Shown here: positions 57,554 to 64,000 of the stretch, piece by piece
Layout: each line of letters starts with the position of its first letter
How positions within the stretch are numbered: the stretch's first letter is position 1
Origin: an uncultured SAR86 cluster bacterium
GTDB taxonomy: Bacteria; Pseudomonadota; Gammaproteobacteria; Magnimaribacterales; D2472
Reading direction: 5' to 3'
Assembly: GCA_902558395.1 (NCBI GenBank)
Contig: CACEDS010000001.1
Coordinates: 72,180-136,179, forward strand
Length of the DNA: 64,000 bases
Made by a program: the position numbers and the translations under genes
Notes under the pieces: model-generated
Database searches by the model: none
What the model was told of the DNA's origin: nothing
Seen by the model: only the letters and a program-made list of their open reading frames with translations

Positions 57554-57876
57554 GTAGCGTTATAGAATTACATGATGAAGAAAATTTTAACAATGATGTG
57601 TTAAATTCTGATGTACCGGTACTTGTAGACTTTTGGGCTGAATGGTGTGGGCCATGCAAACAATTATCTCCAACTGTAGAAGAAATAGCAGAAGAAAATA
57701 AAAATAAAATCAAAGTTTGTAAAATGGATGTTGACTCAAATAGGGAGTTAGCAGCAAAATATGGGATTAGATCAATTCCATCATTAATAATATTTAAAGA
57801 CGGAGAGCCTGCAGGAGTAGAAATAGGGGCTTTAAGTAAACAACAATTAGAGGAGTTTATAAGTACTGTTGTTTAA
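57550..57876 (+). CDS. trxA: thioredoxin
   Basis: 108 aa with WAEWCGPCK. Confidence 0.95.
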   Translation: MSSVIELHDEENFNNDVLNSDVPVLVDFWAEWCGPCKQLSPTVEEIAEENKNKIKVCKMDVDSNRELAAKYGIRSIPSLIIFKDGEPAGVEIGALSKQQLEEFISTVV

Positions 57877-57990
57877 TTAAAGATTAATTTTGCATCTTTA
57901 GTTAAAAACAATTATCATCTTCGCATCACGATCTTAGATCACCACCTTATCAAATCCTCTTTTAATTAATATAAAAACGGAAAAATTTAT

Positions 57991-59268
57991 ATGAATCTCA
58001 CTGAAATAAAAGTTAAGCCAATTAATGAATTGGTTGATATAGCAACCGAGCTTGGTCTTGAAGATGTTGGTAGGCTTAAAAAACAAGAAATAATTTTTAG
58101 AATTTTCAAACATAAAGCTTCTGAAGGGATCGATATTTATGGCGGCGGAGTTTTAGAAATACTTAATGATGGGTTTGGTTTTCTTCGTTCTCCTGAAGGT
58201 TCATATTGTGCAGGTGAAGATGATATATATGTTTCTCCAAGTCAGATAAGAAAATTTGGTCTTAGAAAAGGGGACTCTATTGCTGGCAAAATCAGAACAC
58301 CAAAAGATAAAGAGAGATACTTTGCTCTAATTCAGGTCGACACTATCAATGGCGAAGAGCCTAAAAATACAAAAAATAAGATTTTATTTGAAAATTTAAC
58401 ACCTCTTTTCCCTAATGAAAGATTAATTCTTGAACAAGGAAGCGGCTCTAATGAAGATCTTTCGTCACGAATTATTGACCTAATAGCACCAATAGGTAAA
58501 GGTCAGCGTGGATTAATCGTTTCTCCACCAAAAGCTGGTAAGACATTGATGCTTCAGAGCATAGCTCATTCTATTAAAAGCAATAATCCGGAAGTTGAAT
58601 TAATAGTATTGCTTATCGATGAGAGACCAGAAGAGGTTACAGAGATGTCAAGAACTGTTAAAGGAGAGGTTGTCGCAAGTACATTTGATGAGCACCCAAG
58701 CAGACATGTTCAAGTAGCAAACATGGTTATTGAGAAAGCTAAAAGGCTAGTTGAACATAAAAAAGATGTTGTTATTTTGTTGGACTCAATTACTCGACTT
58801 GGAAGAGCATATAACTCAGTTCAACCAGCATCTGGAAAAATACTAAGTGGGGGTGTTGATTCAAATGCTCTAGAAAGACCAAAAAGATTCTTTGGAGCAG
58901 CAAGAAATCTAGAAGAGGGAGGCAGCTTAACTATTTTAGCAACTGCCTTAGTTGAAACTGGATCTAAAATGGATGAAGTTATTTACGAAGAATTTAAAGG
59001 TACAGGTAATATGGAAATCCATTTGGAAAGAAAAATTGCAGAAAAACGTATTTTTCCAGCAATTAATATCAGAAGATCGGGTACACGAAGAGAGGACTTG
59101 TTAACTTCTGAGGACGAGCTACAAAGAATGTGGGTTCTTAGAAAAATCCTTGATGAGATGGAAGATGCACAATCAATACAGTTCTTAATTGACAGACTGA
59201 AGTCACATAAAACAAACGACGAGTTCTTTACCTCAATGAAGGCTGGAAATGGAAAAAAATCTAAATAA
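57991..59268 (+). CDS. rho: transcription termination factor Rho
   Basis: 425 aa with [15 protein letters not shown], the RNA-binding domain GFGFLR and the Walker A motif PPKAGKT. Confidence 0.98.
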   Translation: MNLTEIKVKPINELVDIATELGLEDVGRLKKQEIIFRIFKHKASEGIDIYGGGVLEILNDGFGFLRSPEGSYCAGEDDIYVSPSQIRKFGLRKGDSIAGKIRTPKDKERYFALIQVDTINGEEPKNTKNKILFENLTPLFPNERLILEQGSGSNEDLSSRIIDLIAPIGKGQRGLIVSPPKAGKTLMLQSIAHSIKSNNPEVELIVLLIDERPEEVTEMSRTVKGEVVASTFDEHPSRHVQVANMVIEKAKRLVEHKKDVVILLDSITRLGRAYNSVQPASGKILSGGVDSNALERPKRFFGAARNLEEGGSLTILATALVETGSKMDEVIYEEFKGTGNMEIHLERKIAEKRIFPAINIRRSGTRREDLLTSEDELQRMWVLRKILDEMEDAQSIQFLIDRLKSHKTNDEFFTSMKAGNGKKSK

Positions 59269-59983
59269 TCTCTTTAGCCTTATCTAGCATATCCTCATCC
59301 ATATAAGACTTTGAAACATAAATCTTGTTGAGAATTTCTGTCTCTTCAACTATTTTTGAAACTTCTGATTTAATTCTTTCAGATGCAAGGACAAATGATT
59401 TATTTTCTATTAAACCCTTTACAAGGTTTTTATAAATAAATTCAAATGTTAAAAAATTATATATGAGTATTACCGCAGAGCTTTTTGGTACATTTTGAAG
59501 CTGATTTATATCGAATATTAATTTATAACATACAGCCTCATTCATATTTTCCTTAAAGGCATTTTGCAAATTCATATTTGAATTTTTTCCGCAAAAAATT
59601 AAATTTTTCCCTGGAAATTTTTCTTTAATTAAATCAATAATGCCTTGTGATGATTTATTGCTTGGTGTTATCGACTTAAACCCATTATCAATCAATATTT
59701 TTTTAGTAGCATCCCCTACAGAAAAAATATTTTGTTTTGAATTGAGCAGGCCGGGATGTAAATTAAACAACTCAGATCCAAATTTTGCTGAGGCTTGGCT
59801 GGTAAAAATTATATTTGAAAATGTATGAATATTTTTGATTACTTCTATGTATATGTGTTGTTTTTTTAAACCAGACAAAAATTCAATCCTAGACATATGA
59901 ACGTGTCTAGATTCAATCTTTTCTTGCTCACACAGTTCAATAATTTTTTTTGAGACTTCTTCTGGCCTAGTATTAATTATCAT
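59261..59983 (-). CDS. hemD: uroporphyrinogen-III synthase
   Basis: 240 aa. Weakly conserved family, but the start overlaps the hemC stop (TAATG), giving the classical hemCD arrangement. Confidence 0.7.
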   Translation of the reverse strand: MIINTRPEEVSKKIIELCEQEKIESRHVHMSRIEFLSGLKKQHIYIEVIKNIHTFSNIIFTSQASAKFGSELFNLHPGLLNSKQNIFSVGDATKKILIDNGFKSITPSNKSSQGIIDLIKEKFPGKNLIFCGKNSNMNLQNAFKENMNEAVCYKLIFDINQLQNVPKSSAVILIYNFLTFEFIYKNLVKGLIENKSFVLASERIKSEVSKIVEETEILNKIYVSKSYMDEDMLDKAKEII

Positions 59984-60888
59984 TAGGTAAGGATTAATTT
60001 ATCAGCACCCATAGATATGAAGTCTTGAGATAAATCTCTGATATCTTTTTGTATGGATTCAAAAGAGCTGATTTTTTCTTTATGAATTTGCTTTTCTCCA
60101 TTCTGAGATAATACCCTTGCAGAAATTAAAATTTTATCTAAATTTTGTCTGCAATATATAGCAATTGGAGATAGGCATGACCCATTTAATTTTAAAACAA
60201 AATCTCTCTCTGCTTGAGCAAGAATTAGATCTTCTGGTGAATTTATTGTTTTTAAAATATCTAAAATTTTCTTATTTGATGTTAAACACTCCACACCTAT
60301 ATAACCCTGAGAGGCTGCTGGTAACATTTCTTCAAAAGAAAATTCATAGCAATTATCATTACTTATGTTTAGTCTTTCTAGTGCAGCTTTGGCAACCACT
60401 AAACCGTCAATATTTTCTTGATCTAGCTTGCTAATTCTTGTTGCTATGTTTCCTCTAATAGGAACAATTTTAATTTCAGGATATAAATTTTTGATTTGAG
60501 CATACCTTCTGGGACTGGAAGTTGCTATTGTAGAATTTATACCCAGATCTTTGATTGAACAGCCATTATTAGTAAGGAGTGTGTCGCCAGCGGAAGCTCT
60601 ATTAAGAACGGCTGCAACACAAAAGTCTTCATCAAGCTTTGCTGGAACATCTTTTAAGCTGTGAACTGCAATATCAGCTTTTTCTTTAAGAAGGGCAGAT
60701 TCTAGAGTATTTATAAAAAGACCTTTACCACCAATTTTATGAAGTGGTGCGTCTGTTTCATCTCCATCTGAAGACATTGGAACCAGTTCAACCTGTAGAG
60801 AATTATTTTTTTCGATAAGCTTTTCAGCAACTAAATTTGCTTGAAATAATGCTAATTCTGATTTTCTTGTTGCTATTCTAATTTTCAT
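59983..60888 (-). CDS. hemC: hydroxymethylbilane synthase (porphobilinogen deaminase)
   Basis: 301 aa: MKIRIATRKSELALFQA..., HSLKDVP, RGNIATR. Confidence 0.95.
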   Translation of the reverse strand: MKIRIATRKSELALFQANLVAEKLIEKNNSLQVELVPMSSDGDETDAPLHKIGGKGLFINTLESALLKEKADIAVHSLKDVPAKLDEDFCVAAVLNRASAGDTLLTNNGCSIKDLGINSTIATSSPRRYAQIKNLYPEIKIVPIRGNIATRISKLDQENIDGLVVAKAALERLNISNDNCYEFSFEEMLPAASQGYIGVECLTSNKKILDILKTINSPEDLILAQAERDFVLKLNGSCLSPIAIYCRQNLDKILISARVLSQNGEKQIHKEKISSFESIQKDIRDLSQDFISMGADKLILT

Positions 60889-61438
60889 TTTTTATTAAGA
60901 GCAGTGCTTTAACATCTCCAACATCTTTTTCTTTGAGGACAATAAATCCTTTTGGTATTTCAATCTCATTATACTTACTATATTCAAGATAAATTTTGCA
61001 TGATGGTTTTAAATCCTTCTTTTTAAATAATTGATTAAGAATCTTGGCTTCATAATCTTTGTTAAAAGGAGGATCTAAAAAAATGATATCAATGTCCGAA
61101 AGATCATAGTTTTTGAGCCAAGAAAATGCATCTTTAAAAAAAATTTTACATCTATTCCTTATACCTAAACTTTTTAAATTTAATGATAAGGACGAATAAT
61201 TTTTCTTATTAAGTTCAACGAAAATTACTTTAGGAGAACCTCTTGAAATAGCTTCGATACCAAGTGAACCAGTGCCTGCAAATAAATCTAAGCAAACACA
61301 CTCATGAATTTCGAACTGAACCCAATTAAATAAGATTTCTTTAAGCTTGCTTGAAGTGGGCCTAAGAGAATCCTTAAATTCAAATGGTATTTTTTTTCCC
61401 CTTAGATTTCCTCCAGATATTCTTAAACTATTCTTCAT
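60878..61438 (-). CDS. rsmD: 16S rRNA (guanine966-N2)-methyltransferase
   Basis: 186 aa with RISGGNLRGKKI, DLFAGTGSLGIEA and the DPPF motif. Confidence 0.85.
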   Translation of the reverse strand: MKNSLRISGGNLRGKKIPFEFKDSLRPTSSKLKEILFNWVQFEIHECVCLDLFAGTGSLGIEAISRGSPKVIFVELNKKNYSSLSLNLKSLGIRNRCKIFFKDAFSWLKNYDLSDIDIIFLDPPFNKDYEAKILNQLFKKKDLKPSCKIYLEYSKYNEIEIPKGFIVLKEKDVGDVKALLLIKNEN

Positions 61439-61503
61439 TTTTTATTTGATAAAATTATAAATAACCAGATATTTTTTTTATTTAAACTAAGTATAATTCA
61501 AAC

Positions 61504-61968
61504 ATGTCTCTTCAAGATAATTTTAGAAAAGCAATGAGAAGTTATGTTTACTCAGTAAGCATCTTGTCCAATGTAAGTGAAAATAAAGAATATAATGCAA
61601 TTACTGTTTCTTCGGTTACATCGGTGTCAATAGATCCTCCAAGCATATTGGTTTGCATAAATAAAACTGCTGGTATTCATGATTCAATAAAACTCGGAAC
61701 TAAATACTGCATCAATCTTCTTACCAAAACTCATGAAGAACTTTCTAATATTTGCAGTAATTATGAAGAAGAAAAAAATAGATTTATAACTGATCAGTGG
61801 GATCTTTCAGACATTCCATTTTTAAAGGATGCCCAAGCAAATATCTTCTGTAAAGTTGACCAATTGATTGAATATCATACTCACACAATTGTTATTGGAA
61901 AAGTAATTGAATCTAAAAATTTAGATGCAATTAATACTCTCACTTATGTTGATGGTTCTTATGAATAA
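61504..61968 (+). CDS. flavin reductase-like (HpaC/NADH:FMN oxidoreductase domain) protein
   Basis: 154 aa. The AITVSSVTSVSIDPPSILVCINK pattern is typical of the flavin reductase-like domain. Confidence 0.7.
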   Translation: MSLQDNFRKAMRSYVYSVSILSNVSENKEYNAITVSSVTSVSIDPPSILVCINKTAGIHDSIKLGTKYCINLLTKTHEELSNICSNYEEEKNRFITDQWDLSDIPFLKDAQANIFCKVDQLIEYHTHTIVIGKVIESKNLDAINTLTYVDGSYE

Positions 61969-62383
61969 GATTTTTATTACAAGTTTTTTATTTTTTATAT
62001 CCTTCATGCAGGCAGAAGAATGTGTTCCTGAGCCTAATGCAAGTGTCTATTTTATAAGTCCACAAGATAACTATGTATCGAAAAGCTCTGAAGTAAAGAT
62101 AGTTTTTGGAATTAAGAATTTTGATATATTGCCAGCAGGTACTATTGGTTGCAATTCTGGACATCATCATCTTGTAATTAATGCTGAATTACCAAACTTA
62201 TCAAGGCCCATACCAAGTACAGAAAATTATATTCATTTTGGAAAGGGTCAGACAGAAACAACTATTAATTTAAAACCTGGCAAACATACTCTTCAACTTT
62301 TAGTTGGAGACTATGCACACATCCCTCATAAAAATCCTATTTTTTCAGAAAAGATAAATATTGAAGTAATTAGTTCTGAATAA
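61961..62383 (+). CDS. DUF4399-like secreted protein
   Basis: Start placed at 61961 (MNKIFITSFLFFISFMQA signal peptide). Has a GHHHL motif (CNSGHHHLVIN). The family call is from memory. Confidence 0.5.
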   Translation: MNKIFITSFLFFISFMQAEECVPEPNASVYFISPQDNYVSKSSEVKIVFGIKNFDILPAGTIGCNSGHHHLVINAELPNLSRPIPSTENYIHFGKGQTETTINLKPGKHTLQLLVGDYAHIPHKNPIFSEKINIEVISSE

Positions 62384-62984
62384 GACCGGTTAATACTTTA
62401 TCCAAATGATCTTCTAAATTAGTCGCTATAACACTAGCAGTTGAGATAGGACCAAAGCCTTCTTCAAAGTCATCTCCAACTACTTGAACCTTTCTTAATA
62501 TACCAACTAACCCGTGAACCATTGACCATAAAGTAATACATTTAAAAGCTATAACCTCATCACTGTCACTGGCTAATTTAGAAAAACTTAATCTCATATT
62601 TTCATACGTCGAGTTTGCTGATTCCAGTAATTCAGGATATTCAGCAAAGTTACCAACGGCAGTGCCAAACATAAGATCATAGGTATTAGCATTTTTAAGA
62701 CCAAACTCAATATAGTTACATCCTATTTTTACAAGATCCTTTTTAGTAATTTTTTTATCAGCATCAATATGGCAAGCTTTTGAAAGTTTCTTAAAACCTT
62801 CCGTTGCAACTGATGCATATAATGTTTCTTTTGTTTCAAAGTGACGATAGGGTGCAGTTTGTGATACTCCGCTTTCCTTAGCAAGTGATCGAATACTTAA
62901 TTTTGTGTATCCATCCCGTTCACATAACTTACAAGCGCAATCTATTAGTTCTTGTTTAAGGTTTCCGTGATGATATGATTTCAT
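62370..62984 (-). CDS. TetR/AcrR-family transcriptional repressor
   Basis: 204 aa with an N-terminal HTH (LSIRSLAKESGVSQTAPYRHFETKETL). Divergent from an efflux adaptor gene. Confidence 0.9.
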   Translation of the reverse strand: MKSYHHGNLKQELIDCACKLCERDGYTKLSIRSLAKESGVSQTAPYRHFETKETLYASVATEGFKKLSKACHIDADKKITKKDLVKIGCNYIEFGLKNANTYDLMFGTAVGNFAEYPELLESANSTYENMRLSFSKLASDSDEVIAFKCITLWSMVHGLVGILRKVQVVGDDFEEGFGPISTASVIATNLEDHLDKVLTGLIQN

Positions 62985-62992
62985 TTTATTTA

Positions 62993-63042
62993 AATGTTGA
63001 CACTGCTAACATTTTAGCTATCATGTTTACACTGCTAACATT
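62993..63042. promoter_or_regulatory. two tandem 21-bp operator copies overlapping divergent sigma70-like promoters
   Basis: AATGTTGACACTGCTAACATT (62993-63013) and CATGTTTACACTGCTAACATT (63022-63042). Plus-strand promoter TTGACA (62997-63002), 16 nt, TATCAT (63019-63024). Minus-strand promoter TTGACT (63066-63061), 17 nt, TAATGT (63043-63038). Confidence 0.65.
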
Positions 63043-63066
63043 AAATTTTTTAGTTAATAAAGTCAA

Positions 63067-64000
63067 ATGATTAAATATATTGTTAATAAACTTAATTTAT
63101 TTTTGATATCAATAATTTTTAGTTCAGAATTGCTCTCGCTTGAAATACTTGAAGTTAAGATGATGGACTCTTATAAAATTACAAGAGAGTTTCCTGGAAA
63201 ATTATTACCTGCACAGCAATCTAATCTAGCTTTTGAAATACCAGGAAAAATTAACGTTGTAAACGTTGATATCGGAGATGCTGTAAAAAAAGGACAAATA
63301 CTCGCAGAGTTAGATAACCGTGAAGCAACCGCTCAACTAAAACAAGCCAAAGCTAAATATGATCTTGCTTTACAAATATTAAATAGATACAAAGATCTCA
63401 GATCAGAAGGACATATATCAATCCAAGACCTTGATAATGCAAATTCTGAAGAGCTCATAGCTAAATCACAGTACGAGTTTTATAAAGTAAAACTTGAACA
63501 AACTAAACTAATAGCCCCTTTTGATGGCGTAATTCAAAACAGATATCTTGATACGGGCTCTGTTATAAACGGTGGAATTCCAATTGTAGAAATTTTAGGA
63601 TCTAAGAATGTGGAGGCACACATATCTATACCTTTAAAATTTATTGATAAATTAAATATTGGCAATTCTTATGATTTCAAAATTGGAAATAAAAGACCTA
63701 AAGGTGTGCTTGCAAGACTTGCTCCGATGACACCTGGAGGTTCAGATAACAGATTGGCAATTTTTAATTTTGATACATTTTTTGATCCTGGCTCCATAGC
63801 AGAATTAAACTTAAGCCTAAATATAGAAGGAAGAGGCACATGGGTTCCCATTAAATCTCTATCTCAATCCGAACAGGGCATTTGGGCAATCTATACAGTT
63901 AATGATAAAAAAGTTGTTGTAAGAGATCTTGTAGAAATTTTATATTTTGAAGGTGAGTATGCTTTCGTTAATGGAACATTAAACGATGGTGATCTTGTGG
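63067..64000 (+). CDS. RND-type efflux membrane-fusion (periplasmic adaptor, HlyD family) protein, 3' end cut by window edge
   Basis: Absent from the ORF track (no stop). My translation from ATG 63067: MIKYIVNKLNLFLISIIFSS...FPGKLLPAQQSNLAFEIPGKINVVNVDIGDAVKKGQILAELD..., a coiled-coil segment, then LIAPFDGVIQNRYLDTGSVI. This is the lipoyl / hairpin / beta-barrel order typical of MFPs. Confidence 0.85.
   Translation, partial: MIKYIVNKLNLFLISIIFSSELLSLEILEVKMMDSYKITREFPGKLLPAQQSNLAFEIPGKINVVNVDIGDAVKKGQILAELDNREATAQLKQAKAKYDLALQILNRYKDLRSEGHISIQDLDNANSEELIAKSQYEFYKVKLEQTKLIAPFDGVIQNRYLDTGSVINGGIPIVEILGSKNVEAHISIPLKFIDKLNIGNSYDFKIGNKRPKGVLARLAPMTPGGSDNRLAIFNFDTFFDPGSIAELNLSLNIEGRGTWVPIKSLSQSEQGIWAIYTVNDKKVVVRDLVEILYFEGEYAFVNGTLNDGDLV

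Noticed and set aside
57877-57905. The hairpin TAAAGAT-N9-ATCTTTA after trxA, considered as an intrinsic terminator.
   Set aside because: The stem is all A/T, the loop is 9 nt and no T-run follows, so it is too weak to call a terminator.
1-64000. A search for CRISPR arrays, tRNA/rRNA genes, transposases, integrases, prophage or toxin-antitoxin/defence cassettes.
   Set aside because: No intergenic gap exceeds about 185 bp and none shows tRNA-like or repeat-spacer structure. Every sizeable ORF is explained by a metabolic, envelope or housekeeping function, and no recombinase or nuclease-type defence motifs were seen.

Overview
AT-rich (by eye about one-third G+C), very gene-dense fragment of a marine gammaproteobacterial chromosome, most likely SAR86 clade. 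The assignment rests on a green-tuned proteorhodopsin (25787-26533, minus) that is about 90 percent identical, from my memory of it, to the original SAR86 EBAC31A08 protein. Core-gene synteny is Pseudomonas-like: rsfS-rlmH-mrdA-mrdB-mltB-dacA next to holA-lptE-leuS, dsbD-aroQ-accB-accC, trxA-rho, and tolC with parE-parC. I saw no rRNA, tRNA, CRISPR array, transposase, integrase or phage genes. About 64 protein genes fill nearly the whole window. Several convergent pairs share or overlap stop codons, and only two clear intrinsic terminators are visible. Five items deserve a second look. (1) The proteorhodopsin is a self-contained promoter-to-terminator unit, with no retinal-synthesis genes in the window. 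(2) A tightly packed 10-gene minus-strand operon (10378-19482) sits divergent from a LysR regulator. It encodes a DhlA-like haloalkane dehalogenase, four GSTs (two are a recent tandem duplicate), DUF1330, DUF2855, an exported sulfatase, a GST-like protein, an SDR and an NMO-like flavoenzyme, flanked by a TonB-dependent receptor, an acyl-CoA dehydrogenase and an NAD-dependent formate dehydrogenase. I read this as a candidate uncharacterised organohalide/organosulfate catabolic or detoxification system. (3) A 19-21 bp operator motif occurs twice between a TetR gene and an RND adaptor gene (62993-63042), and again as a perfect 10+10 palindrome upstream of tolC 33 kb away (29374-29394), which suggests one dispersed efflux regulon. 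(4) A TPP riboswitch whose aptamer contains the Shine-Dalgarno and start codon controls a TonB receptor, PnuC-family transporter and kinase salvage operon (4355-7926). (5) A stand-alone DsbD N-terminal domain lacks the membrane and thioredoxin domains (51802-52218). Both window edges cut genes that the ORF track omits: an S46 peptidase on the left and an efflux adaptor on the right.
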